Made by a program: the position numbers and the translations under genes. This document shows, piece by piece, positions 21,015 to 30,468 of a stretch of 64,000 bases of DNA (position 1 is the stretch's first letter; every line of letters starts with the position of its first letter). The DNA comes from Nitrospirae bacterium MYbin3 (lineage in GTDB: Bacteria > Nitrospirota > Thermodesulfovibrionia > Thermodesulfovibrionales > Dissulfurispiraceae): assembly GCA_002753335.1 (NCBI GenBank), contig PEAD01000011.1:1-64000 (forward strand), in the 5' to 3' direction. The notes beneath the pieces are model-generated. The model did no database searches, was not told the origin of the DNA, and saw only the letters and a list, made by a program, of their open reading frames with translations.

Positions 21015-22544
21015 ATGAAAGTCGTCACCTCCAGCGAAATAGCCGAAATAGACAGGCTCACAATCCAAAAGCTCGGAGTTTCTCAGCAGGTTCTTATGGA
21101 GCGGGCCGGATTAGCCATAGCAAATAAGGTCAAAGAAATTGCGCCTTCCAAAAAAATCGTTGTCTTGTGCGGAAGCGGCAACAACGGCGGTGATGGACTG
21201 GTCGCTGCAAGAGAGCTTAACAGCCTAGGGTTCAAAATCAGTGCACTTGTATTCGCAGGCAAAACAAAGCTGGGCCAGGCCTGTAAACTACAAATTAAAA
21301 TAGCAGAAAGTTTCGGCGTGGCTGTTGAATTCAGAACAAAACTGCAAAACAGCGACCTTCACGGAGCATTTGTAATTGATGCACTTTTCGGAACCGGACT
21401 AAGCAGACCGATTGCGGGTGGTTTTGCTGATGTTATTTCGCTGATAAATAAATCTTCGGCTCCGGTTTTGTCGGTTGATATACCTTCAGGCATTTCGGCC
21501 GATACAGGACAGATTTTAGGCAGCGCGATTGCTGCCGATTATACTGTAACTTTCGGGCTTCCTAAACGGGGGCACCTGCTTTACCCGGGTGCAGAATATA
21601 CAGGAAAGCTTTTTGTCGAAAATATCGGATTCCCTTCGAAACTGCTTATGTCACGTAGTCTTTTTGTTGAAACTGTTGAAGCCTGTTCAGTTAAAGATTT
21701 GCTGCCCGAAAGACCGCGCTGTTCTTATAAAAGCGATTACGGCAATATTTTAGTGGTTGCAGGATCAAAAGGCAAAACAGGCGCCGCATTACTCACTTCA
21801 GATGCCTGCCTCAGATCCGGTGCTGGACTGGTTACGCTTGGAGTACCCGAATCACTCATGCAGGTTTTTCAGCCTTCCGTAAAAGAGGCTATGACCTTAA
21901 GCCTTTCTGATAACGGGCAGGGAATGCTTTCATCGAAAACGCTGGACTCTATTCTTAATTTTGCTGCACACAAAGCTGATGTTCTGGCTATAGGCCCGGG
22001 AATCGGAATTTCGAAAAACACTAACAATATCCTGTCTGAACTGATAAAACGCTCTCCTGTTCCGATGGTTATAGACGCTGACGGACTTAACTCGATTATC
22101 TCTGCCGAAAGAGTTTTGAATAAAGCAAAATCCCCGATAATCCTGACACCGCATCCGGGTGAGATGGCAAGGCTTACAGAATCAAGCGTGGCGGCTATCG
22201 AAAAAAACAGGATAGATGTCGCTGTTTCATTTTCAAAAAAGACCGGCTCATACATTGTGCTTAAAGGTGTGCCTACGGTAGTTGCAACACCAGAAGGCAG
22301 GGCATACATAAACACAACCGGGAATGCAGGAATGGCAACTGCAGGCTCAGGTGATGTGCTCACAGGAATAATAGCTGCACTGCTTGGACAGACGATGAAC
22401 CCTGAAGATGCTTCTGTTCTTGGAGTGTTCCTGCATGGGCTCGCAGGCGATCTTGCAGCAGACAAACTAGGCGAGCATTCGCTCATAGCCTCCGACATAA
22501 TTTCTTTTATTCCAGATGCGTTTATTTCACTGAGCAAGCAATGA
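21015..22544 (+). CDS. nnr: Bifunctional NAD(P)H-hydrate epimerase/dehydratase
   Basis: GSGNNGGDG, DALFGTG, DADGLN, TPHPGEM, GSGDVLTG. Confidence 0.95.
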   Translation: MKVVTSSEIAEIDRLTIQKLGVSQQVLMERAGLAIANKVKEIAPSKKIVVLCGSGNNGGDGLVAARELNSLGFKISALVFAGKTKLGQACKLQIKIAESFGVAVEFRTKLQNSDLHGAFVIDALFGTGLSRPIAGGFADVISLINKSSAPVLSVDIPSGISADTGQILGSAIAADYTVTFGLPKRGHLLYPGAEYTGKLFVENIGFPSKLLMSRSLFVETVEACSVKDLLPERPRCSYKSDYGNILVVAGSKGKTGAALLTSDACLRSGAGLVTLGVPESLMQVFQPSVKEAMTLSLSDNGQGMLSSKTLDSILNFAAHKADVLAIGPGIGISKNTNNILSELIKRSPVPMVIDADGLNSIISAERVLNKAKSPIILTPHPGEMARLTESSVAAIEKNRIDVAVSFSKKTGSYIVLKGVPTVVATPEGRAYINTTGNAGMATAGSGDVLTGIIAALLGQTMNPEDASVLGVFLHGLAGDLAADKLGEHSLIASDIISFIPDAFISLSKQ

Positions 22545-23221
22545 GCCTTGAAGAACCTGTTATTCCGCCAAACTTCGGCGGACAAAATGTCTCGGCCTTT
22601 TTTACGACTAAATCATGCTCTAGCGATCTAAACATTTTTTTGAAAATAGCAGGAGCCGAGCAGTCCTATATACCGATACAAAAACACTCAGACAAAGTTG
22701 TTGTGCTTGACCATAATCTGGAGCCAAAAATAGCGGATGCCGTTATAACCAACAGGCAAAAATTGCTCATCGGCATTCAGGTTGCGGACTGTGTGCCGAT
22801 CCTCCTGTACGACAATAAAAAGAAGGTCGCAGCCGCAGTCCATGCCGGATGGCGCGGCACAGTAGCAGCCATACTCAAAAACACAGTAACAGCTATGACC
22901 GGCAGGTTTTATTCATCACCCGAAAATATTTTTATAGCCATCGGGCCGAGCATTAAGGGCTGCTGCTATCAGGTCGGGCCTGAAGTTGTTGAGGGTGTCA
23001 AAAGAGCATCCGGTGATGGTTCCTATATAATCGAAAAAAGCAGCAAACATTGCGTTGATCTGCCTGCCGCAAACAAACAGCAGGCGTTGTCATTAAACAT
23101 CCCCGAGCAAAACATATGGATTTCGTCAGAATGCACCTTCTGCATGCCCGAAAAATATTATTCATACCGCTTCGCAAAAAGCACCACAGGAAGACAGTAC
23201 GGGCTTATAGGGATTTTGTAA
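22541..23221 (+). CDS. pgeF: YfiH/PgeF-family protein
   Basis: QKHS, ADCVPILL, HAGWRG, IGPSI, ECTFC, SYR. Confidence 0.9.
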   Translation: MSLEEPVIPPNFGGQNVSAFFTTKSCSSDLNIFLKIAGAEQSYIPIQKHSDKVVVLDHNLEPKIADAVITNRQKLLIGIQVADCVPILLYDNKKKVAAAVHAGWRGTVAAILKNTVTAMTGRFYSSPENIFIAIGPSIKGCCYQVGPEVVEGVKRASGDGSYIIEKSSKHCVDLPAANKQQALSLNIPEQNIWISSECTFCMPEKYYSYRFAKSTTGRQYGLIGIL

Positions 23222-23222
23222 T

Positions 23223-24242
23223 ATGGAAACAAACCTCAAAACGCTTTCGGCAGATGAGTTTGCTTTATACATAGTTGATGCAGGACTCCCAAAATACCGA
23301 GCAAAGCAGCTCCTGCACTGGATTTACGAAAAACATGCCGCATCTATTCAGGACATTACCGAGCTTTCAAAAGATCTGAGAAAAAAACTTTCAGAAAACG
23401 CATACATCGGCAGCCTGTCTCCCATCGAAAGACTAAAATCAAAGGACGGCACCGAAAAGTTCCTGTTTGGGCTTGAGGACAATCAAACCATAGAGAGCGT
23501 TTTGATACCTGACGAAGATAGGCTAACGCTTTGCATTTCTTCGCAGGTGGGTTGTGCTATGGGATGCAGGTTTTGTCTTACAGGAAAACTCGGTTTAAAA
23601 AGAAACCTATTACCTCATGAAATATTCGATCAGATTATAAGTGTCAGCAGAAGCATAAAACCTAAGGTGATAACAAACATTGTTCTTATGGGCATGGGCG
23701 AGCCTCTTGCCAACTTCGAGAATGTGTGCGTTGCACTGCGGCGCATAGTTGACCTGATGAAAATTTCACCGAGAAAAATTACGCTTTCAACCTCAGGCAT
23801 TGCGCCCAAAATCCTTGAACTGCCGAAAAATGCACCTATGGTCAATCTTGCAATATCTCTTAACGCCACAACCGATGCGGTGCGGGACTATATAATGCCG
23901 GTGAACAAAACCTATCCCCTGAGAAATCTGCTCGATGCATGCCGCAGATTTCCGCTTCCTTCAAGAAGACGCATCTTTTTCGAATATGTGCTGCTGAAAG
24001 GCGTCAACGACTCGGAAGAAGACGCAAAGAGACTGGTAAAGCTGCTGAAGGGAATACCGTTGAAGCTCAACTTAATCCCCTTGAACCCTTTTGAGGGCTG
24101 CGCTTTCGAAAAACCGGCAGATGCAGATGTGCTGCGCTTTCAGGAAATTCTTACAGCAGCAAAATTTACCACACTGATACGAAAGAGCAAAGGACAGGAT
24201 ATATTAGCCGCCTGCGGCCAGTTAAAGGCAAAATACAAATAG
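23223..24242 (+). CDS. rlmN: 23S rRNA m2A2503 radical SAM methyltransferase
   Basis: CISSQVGCAMGCRFC, MGMGEP, AACGQL. Confidence 0.95.
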   Translation: METNLKTLSADEFALYIVDAGLPKYRAKQLLHWIYEKHAASIQDITELSKDLRKKLSENAYIGSLSPIERLKSKDGTEKFLFGLEDNQTIESVLIPDEDRLTLCISSQVGCAMGCRFCLTGKLGLKRNLLPHEIFDQIISVSRSIKPKVITNIVLMGMGEPLANFENVCVALRRIVDLMKISPRKITLSTSGIAPKILELPKNAPMVNLAISLNATTDAVRDYIMPVNKTYPLRNLLDACRRFPLPSRRRIFFEYVLLKGVNDSEEDAKRLVKLLKGIPLKLNLIPLNPFEGCAFEKPADADVLRFQEILTAAKFTTLIRKSKGQDILAACGQLKAKYK

Positions 24243-24253
24243 GGTCTTCAGGT

Positions 24254-24895
24254 TTATTGGTACAGATTATTCTGCTTTATATATGCCGCAATTTTCAGGG
24301 GAACAAAATCTCTGATAGCTTTATTTTCTTTGATTCGTTTTCTTATTAGAGTAGAGGATATGGCATATGGCGTAACGCTGATTAGTTCAGCTGCCCCGCC
24401 ATTTTTTAGTTTCAACTCAAAATGCTCCTGTCTTTTTACTCTATGCGCCATTGCTTCTAGCAGATATGGCGACTTGTTAATATCCGAAATATCCAAGCCG
24501 GGCCTTGTGATGACAATAATATTTATCGATGACAGGATTTTATCCGGATGCCGCCAAAGAGGCAGGTCTAAAAACGCATCTATTCCGAGTATTAAAAAAA
24601 GTTCGTCCTTCGGATAAAGCCGCATTAGTCGGCTGACAGTATCAACGGTGTATGATTTGCCGCTTCTCGCAGTCTCTATGTCCGATACTTCAAAATGGCT
24701 GTTTGATGAAACAGCTATGGCGGTCATCTCATAACGGAGTTTTGCTTCAACAAGATTCTGCGATTTTAAAGGAGGATTACCGGAAGGTACGAATAAGATT
24801 TTTTCGAGACCGCATTTTTTTCTGACCTCTTCGGCGGCCTTCAGATGCCCGTAATGAATGGGGTTGAAGGTTCCGCCGAAAATGCCCAACCGCAA
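24254..24895 (-). CDS. nadD: Nicotinate-nucleotide adenylyltransferase
   Basis: GGTFNPIHYGH, SYTVDT, ISSTLIR. Confidence 0.95.
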   Translation of the reverse strand: MRLGIFGGTFNPIHYGHLKAAEEVRKKCGLEKILFVPSGNPPLKSQNLVEAKLRYEMTAIAVSSNSHFEVSDIETARSGKSYTVDTVSRLMRLYPKDELFLILGIDAFLDLPLWRHPDKILSSINIIVITRPGLDISDINKSPYLLEAMAHRVKRQEHFELKLKNGGAAELISVTPYAISSTLIRKRIKENKAIRDFVPLKIAAYIKQNNLYQ

Positions 24896-24906
24896 AAAAA
24901 TATCCT

Positions 24907-25470
24907 TTAAGACTTTATGCCCATTTGCTGAAGCGCGTCATCGCCTCTCGATGTAAGTTTAGGCGCTTCTTCTGGAAGATACAGCATAACCCCGCCTTTG
25001 ACCGGCCTGATAACAATCTTTTTTTCGCTTTCAAGCGCGGTGGTAACCTTAATCGGGTCTTGGCCTTCAAAGCGTTTTTTGAAAGCTTCGTTGAAGCCGG
25101 AATAAACGGTGTGGATGCCTTTGTAGTTGCCTTTTCTGAGTGTAACTATCGCTTTTTTTATGAACTCTTCCGGTGTGATACTTACAGAAGGGTCCAGCTT
25201 CATCTGTTCGAGTGCATCATCGCCCCTTGATGTAAACGTGGGGGCTTCTTCAGGCAGATACAGCATTACGCCACCACGCACCGGCCTGATAACAACCTTG
25301 CCCTCGCTTGCAAGCTGCGTGGTTACTTTGATGGGGTCTTCGTTGGCAAAATGTTTTTTAAAAGCCTCGTTGAAGCCGGAATAAACGGTGTGGATGCCTT
25401 TGTAGCTGCCTTTTCTGAGCGTAACTATCGCCTTTCTGATAAACTCTTCCTTGGTAAGATTTTCTGCCAT
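24907..25470 (-). CDS. Hypothetical protein made of two tandem 93-aa copies of one domain
   Basis: EEFIxKAIVTLRKGxYKGIHTVYSGFNEAFKK...IRPVxGGVMLYLPEEAP twice; RBS AAGGGGGAG before ATG 25470. Confidence 0.8.
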   Translation of the reverse strand: MAENLTKEEFIRKAIVTLRKGSYKGIHTVYSGFNEAFKKHFANEDPIKVTTQLASEGKVVIRPVRGGVMLYLPEEAPTFTSRGDDALEQMKLDPSVSITPEEFIKKAIVTLRKGNYKGIHTVYSGFNEAFKKRFEGQDPIKVTTALESEKKIVIRPVKGGVMLYLPEEAPKLTSRGDDALQQMGIKS

Positions 25471-25495
25471 AACTCCCCCTTTAAGTTGGTCTGAT

Positions 25496-26752
25496 TTATT
25501 CTCTAAGCTGGCCGCTTCCGAACACAATAAACTTGGTGCAGGTCAGTTCTTCAAGTCCCATAGGTCCACGCGCATGAATCTTGTCTGTGGATATTCCGAT
25601 TTCGGCGCCGAGTCCGAACTGAAAACCGTCATTTAGCCTTGTGGATGCATTCACAAGAACTGCCGAAGAATCCACCTCTTTTAAAAAACGCATAGCTTTT
25701 TCGTAATTTGCAGTGACTATAGAATCGGAATGAGCAGAGCTGTAGGTCGAGATATGCTCTATCGCCTCGTCTATATCAGCCACAATTTTCAGATTCATAA
25801 CAAGCGTCAAATATTCGTTGTGGAAATCTTCTTCAGAGGCTTTCTTCAGGTCAGGATATTTTGCGGTGGTTTTTGCACAGCCCCTAAGCTCAACCCCTGC
25901 ATCCTTAAACCGTTTGATAGCAGCAGGCAGAAATTTATCAGCAATCGCCTCGTCAACAAGCATAGTTTCCATGGCATTGCAGGTGCCGGGCCGCTGCACC
26001 TTTGAGTTAAAGCAGATATCTTCTGCCATCTTCATATCAGCATCTCTGTCAACAAACACATGACAAACACCCTTGTAATGTTTAAGCACAGGAATCCGCG
26101 AGTTTTCTGTGACTGTCCTTATCAGTCCTTCCCCGCCGCGCGGAATTATCAGGTCTATGATGCCTTCAAGTTTTAGCATCTCGTTGACAGCTTCCCTGTC
26201 CGGAATGTCGATAAAAGTTATAGCACCTTCATGGATTCCGTGGGCTTTTGAAACTTCCCGAAGTATGGCAACTATAGCTTTATTCGAATTTATGGCTTCT
26301 GAGCCGCCGCGCAGTATCACAGAATTGCCCGCTTTCAGGCAAAGGCTTGTAGCATCAGCTGTCACATTAGGACGAGCTTCGTATATTATGCCTATTGTTC
26401 CAATCGGCACACGCATTTTGCCTACGGTCATGCCGTTAGGACGCTGCCACATCTTAAGCACTTCGCCCACCGGGTCAGGAAGCTGCGCAACTTCCAAAAG
26501 CCCTTGTGACATCTCTGCCACACGCTTATCATTCAGCGTAAGCCTGTCTATCATTGCTGCTGATAGACCTTTAGCCTTGGCGTATTCTATATCTTTTTGG
26601 TTTGCAGCTATAAGCTCTGCCGATTTATCTCTAAGCGCTTCGGCCATTTTTGCAAGAACAAGATTTTTTTGTGCGGACGATGCTTTGGCAAGGCTTTTTG
26701 CTCCAAGCTTAGCTTCCTTAGCTTTATTAAGTATTAACTGCTTTATCTCCAC
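25496..26752 (-). CDS. proA: Gamma-glutamyl phosphate reductase
   Basis: IYEARPNVT, LRGGSEA, PRGGEGLI, CNAME, NASTR, HARGPMGL. Confidence 0.96.
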   Translation of the reverse strand: MEIKQLILNKAKEAKLGAKSLAKASSAQKNLVLAKMAEALRDKSAELIAANQKDIEYAKAKGLSAAMIDRLTLNDKRVAEMSQGLLEVAQLPDPVGEVLKMWQRPNGMTVGKMRVPIGTIGIIYEARPNVTADATSLCLKAGNSVILRGGSEAINSNKAIVAILREVSKAHGIHEGAITFIDIPDREAVNEMLKLEGIIDLIIPRGGEGLIRTVTENSRIPVLKHYKGVCHVFVDRDADMKMAEDICFNSKVQRPGTCNAMETMLVDEAIADKFLPAAIKRFKDAGVELRGCAKTTAKYPDLKKASEEDFHNEYLTLVMNLKIVADIDEAIEHISTYSSAHSDSIVTANYEKAMRFLKEVDSSAVLVNASTRLNDGFQFGLGAEIGISTDKIHARGPMGLEELTCTKFIVFGSGQLRE

Positions 26753-26863
26753 TACTCCTCCATATCTTTATCATATAAATTATCCTTAAAATGCACTTGA
26801 AAAGCAACACTTTTTTTATTCGTGATGTTTTTGGGCCCCGAACCCTGTGTTATAATTACTGCC

Positions 26864-27379
26864 ATGGCTATCCTCGAAATCAGAAAATATCCTGACGAAG
26901 TGCTTAAGAAAAAGGCTCTGCCTGTCGAAAAAGTGACCGACAAAATACGCACGCTTATCGATGACATGATAGAGACGATGCATGCAGCGCCGGGTGTGGG
27001 GCTTGCTGCACCGCAAGTTGGGGTTTCGAAAAAAATTATCGTTATCGATATCAGCTCAAAGGAAGAGCAGTACCCTCTTATTGCCCTTATCAACCCCGAG
27101 ATCATAGATACTGATGGACTGGTAAGCTCTGATGAAGGATGCCTTAGCCTGCCCAAATACACCACGGTAGTAAAAAGGGCTGAGCGGGTTGTGGTTAAAG
27201 GCATTGACAGAGAAGGCCGGGAAGTTGTTATAGAGGCTGACGGGCTCTTAGCAAGGGCGCTGCAGCACGAAATGGACCACCTTGACGGGCTGCTGCTTAT
27301 AGACAGAATAAGCTCCATCAAAAGAGAATTTTTCAAGAAACGCTATCAGAAAGCTTTGGCTAACGCAGCCAAAGAATAG
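26864..27379 (+). CDS. def: Peptide deformylase
   Basis: GVGLAAPQ, EGCLS, HEMDH. Confidence 0.96.
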   Translation: MAILEIRKYPDEVLKKKALPVEKVTDKIRTLIDDMIETMHAAPGVGLAAPQVGVSKKIIVIDISSKEEQYPLIALINPEIIDTDGLVSSDEGCLSLPKYTTVVKRAERVVVKGIDREGREVVIEADGLLARALQHEMDHLDGLLLIDRISSIKREFFKKRYQKALANAAKE

Positions 27380-27388
27380 GCTGTTCAG

Positions 27389-28324
27389 ATGTCCATAATT
27401 TTCTTTGGCACTCCTGATTTTGCGGTTCCTTCTTTTCAGGCTCTTCTCGATGCAGGTGAAGACGTAAGGCTTGTCATAACTCAGCCGAATAAGCTGAAAG
27501 GCAGGGGCCATAAACTTTCGATTCCACCTGTCAAACAGGCTGCGCTTGCAAACAGCATCGAAGTTGAGCAGCCCACAAACATTAGGACCGATGAGTTCGC
27601 CGAAAAGATTTCTTTGCTCGAGCCTGAGTTCATCATTGTTGTTGCTTATGGAAAAATTCTGCCGCGCAGAATACTTGATATTCCACAGAGGGGCTGCGTT
27701 AATGTGCATGCCTCGCTTTTGCCCCAATATCGTGGCGCAGCACCTATACAATGGGCGCTGATAAACGGTGAGAGTTTTACAGGCGTAACTACTATGCTTA
27801 TGAACGAAGGCCTCGACAGCGGAGATATTCTTTTGCAGAGAGAAGAAAAGATATTGGATGACGACAATGCCATGACTCTTTTTGAAAGACTGTCGCACCT
27901 AGGAGGACAGCTTATAATTGAAACCGTTAACGGGATGCGAAAGGGAATAGTGAAGCCTGTCCCACAAACCGGAGAGCCTACCTATGCGCCTCCGCTAAAA
28001 AAAGAAAACGGCAGGATTAACTGGAACATGCCTGCTAAAAAAATTGAAGCGTTCATCAGGGGTGTGACTCCTTGGCCTTCAGCCTTCTGTTTTTTTTATC
28101 AGGAGAGGATAAAGATTCTAAAAGCAAGTCAGCAGTCAGCAGTCGGCAGTCGGCAGTCGGCAGTCCTAGGCAGAATTCAGCAAACGCCTTCCGGAGAATT
28201 AGTTGTTGAAACAGGAGAAGGCATGCTTCTTATCGAAGAGCTTCAGCCCGAAGGCAAAAAGACTATGTCAGGAAAAGCTTTTGCGGCCGGCCGAAGAATA
28301 ACCGAAGAAAGCTTTCTCTCATAG
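27389..28324 (+). CDS. fmt: Methionyl-tRNA formyltransferase
   Basis: FFGTPDFA, VVAYG, NVHASLLPQYRGAAPI. Confidence 0.96.
   Translation: MSIIFFGTPDFAVPSFQALLDAGEDVRLVITQPNKLKGRGHKLSIPPVKQAALANSIEVEQPTNIRTDEFAEKISLLEPEFIIVVAYGKILPRRILDIPQRGCVNVHASLLPQYRGAAPIQWALINGESFTGVTTMLMNEGLDSGDILLQREEKILDDDNAMTLFERLSHLGGQLIIETVNGMRKGIVKPVPQTGEPTYAPPLKKENGRINWNMPAKKIEAFIRGVTPWPSAFCFFYQERIKILKASQQSAVGSRQSAVLGRIQQTPSGELVVETGEGMLLIEELQPEGKKTMSGKAFAAGRRITEESFLS
28127..28165 (+). repeat. Heptamer tandem repeat (AGTCRGC)5 + AGTC inside fmt
   Basis: agtcagc agtcagc agtcggc agtcggc agtcggc agtc. Confidence 0.9.
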
Positions 28325-28408
28325 CCGTCCCTGCACTTTTTCGTTCAAAAAAGATGATTATGTTAACGATGATAAATTATAATACTGAAATTCATTTTAG
28401 GAGAAAAC

Positions 28409-29755
28409 GTGATGGATAAGATATTAAAAAAAGTTGAAGATCTGGCTTTGCTGCATGACAAGATAAGTCCGAAAACCATCAAAGAAAAAAATATAAAGCT
28501 GGGGCTCAGAAATGAAGATGGCACAGGCGTATTCGTGGGCATCACCAGCAAAGGTCAGGTGATCGGTTACGAGAAAATAATAAGCGGCGACGGCTCAGAA
28601 AAGGTGCAGCCGATACATGGCAAGCTCTACTACTGCGGATATGATGTTGCAGACCTTGTAGAAGGAAAACATGGACAGAACCGATTTGGCTTTGAAGAGA
28701 CCATCTACCTTCTTTTGACAGGAGAGCTTCCGTCGCAGGAAGATCTGTACGGTTTTTCGAAAGCGCTGGGCAAAAGACGTGGTCTTCCAAAAGAAGCAAA
28801 GGAAATGATCCTGAACAGGCCTATGCATGACGACCAGATGGGCTCGTTGCATACAATAGTTTCTGCTATGCATCTTTTCGACACGAATCCGAACTCCACA
28901 GATATAAAAGATGTTACAAGACAATGCATAGATTTGATAGCAAAATTTCCGACAATCATAGCCTACAACTATCTGACTTCGGTTATGCAAAAAAAGGATC
29001 TGAAAAAATTCAAGGATCCTGACCCAGCTCTTAGCATCGCAGAAAATTTTCTGTATATGCTCTCAGGCAAGAAGCCCGAAAAATTTGTGGCTGATTTATT
29101 TGACACAATGCTTATATTCCATGCCGAACACGGCGGCGGCAACAACTCCACTTTCTCAACAAGATGTGTTTCTTCTTCCGGCGCCAACACTTACATGGCG
29201 ATATGCGCCGGGATCGGTTCTCTTTCGGGCCATCTGCACGGGGGGGCAAACGAAGCCGTTGTAAGGATGATTACCGATGTGAAAAACAAGGTCAGAGATT
29301 GGACAAATGACGATGAGATCGCCTCTTATCTGAAGCTGATGCTTGATAAGAAAGCAGGGGACAAAACAGGAAAAATTTACGGCTTGGGGCATGCTGTTTA
29401 TACAATGTCTGACCCGCGGGCGGTTTTCCTTGAAGAAAAAGCTGCAGAGCTTGCAAAAACAGCCGGAAAAGAAAAAGAGTTCTTGCTTTATAAGAAAATT
29501 GCCGCTATAGCGCCTCAGCTTGTCAAAGACAAAAAAGGCAAAGTGGTCTGCACAAACGTTGATTTTTATTCCGGCTTTGTTTATCAATGCATGGGAATAC
29601 CGCAGGAGCTCTTCACACCAATATTTGCGATGGCAAGAGTGTCAGGCTGGTCGGCCCACAGAATTGAAGAAATAGTGCAGGGAAGAATTATAAGGCCTTC
29701 ATTCATCTCTTCATTAAAAGGGAAAAAGAATTATATTGCGCTGTCCGATAGGTAA
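28409..29755 (+). CDS. gltA: Citrate synthase family protein
   Basis: HAEHGGGNNSTF, LHGGANE, GLGHAVY, NVDFYSG. Confidence 0.9.
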   Translation: MMDKILKKVEDLALLHDKISPKTIKEKNIKLGLRNEDGTGVFVGITSKGQVIGYEKIISGDGSEKVQPIHGKLYYCGYDVADLVEGKHGQNRFGFEETIYLLLTGELPSQEDLYGFSKALGKRRGLPKEAKEMILNRPMHDDQMGSLHTIVSAMHLFDTNPNSTDIKDVTRQCIDLIAKFPTIIAYNYLTSVMQKKDLKKFKDPDPALSIAENFLYMLSGKKPEKFVADLFDTMLIFHAEHGGGNNSTFSTRCVSSSGANTYMAICAGIGSLSGHLHGGANEAVVRMITDVKNKVRDWTNDDEIASYLKLMLDKKAGDKTGKIYGLGHAVYTMSDPRAVFLEEKAAELAKTAGKEKEFLLYKKIAAIAPQLVKDKKGKVVCTNVDFYSGFVYQCMGIPQELFTPIFAMARVSGWSAHRIEEIVQGRIIRPSFISSLKGKKNYIALSDR

Positions 29756-29759
29756 ACGG

Positions 29760-30155
29760 TTAACGTATATCAAGCTCTATTTCTTTAACCTTGCCATCTT
29801 TGATAGAAAACGCTTTAACTGCAGGCGCTTCTCGCAGAAGACTGACTATCACATAAACAGCGTCGTCATAAAACGCAAGGCTAACATCTTTTGCTGAGGG
29901 AAAGGCCTCCGATGCAGGATGAGAATGGAATATAGCAAGCATCGAAAGGCCGTTGTTTCGGATATCCTTTATCGCTTTAAACTGCTCTGAAGGTTCCATA
30001 AAATAGCTCACAGGCGAAGGCTCTGTATTAGTCATCGTATATAGTTTCGATACATTCGAGTCGCTTCCGGCCAGCATCCCGCAAACCTCATTAGGCAGTC
30101 CTGCCCTACAGTAGCCTACCATTTGGTCAAAGATTGAAGAGGATATCGTCAGCAT
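29760..30155 (-). CDS. JAMM/MPN (Mov34) metalloprotease, Mec/CysO-peptidase-like
   Basis: PNEVCG, FHSHP...PSAKD JAMM motif. Confidence 0.9.
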   Translation of the reverse strand: MLTISSSIFDQMVGYCRAGLPNEVCGMLAGSDSNVSKLYTMTNTEPSPVSYFMEPSEQFKAIKDIRNNGLSMLAIFHSHPASEAFPSAKDVSLAFYDDAVYVIVSLLREAPAVKAFSIKDGKVKEIELDIR

Positions 30156-30208
30156 TGCTCAGAGACCTTGAAAAGCGGTCATACTTCCTGTTAGTATATT
30201 CATCTTAA

Positions 30209-30293
30209 GCCGAAGTGGTGGAACTGGCAGACACGCACGTTTGAGGGGCGTGTGGGGAAACCCATGCGGGTTCGAGTCCCGCCTTCGGCACCA
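30209..30293 (+). tRNA. tRNA-Leu(GAG)
   Basis: Acceptor GCCGAAG/CTTCGGC, anticodon arm CACGT-TTGAGGG-GCGTG, long variable arm, GGTTCGAGTCC, encoded CCA. Confidence 0.96.
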
Positions 30294-30468
30294 TTATTTA
30301 AGATTTTCTTGTTTTTCATTAAACACCTGAAAGTTTACCGCATTGAAAAACTTGTCTATTGTAAAAACCATTGGATTTGGATATAGATTCTGCATTTTTC
30401 ATGAAAAAACCACAGCAACATTTATATAATCAATCACTCCGCGTGTGCGGAAATGTATCTTGTAATCT

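Noticed and set aside
30294..30468. Island integrated at tRNA-Leu
   Set aside because: No integrase or duplicated tRNA 3' end; the rnfB end follows directly.
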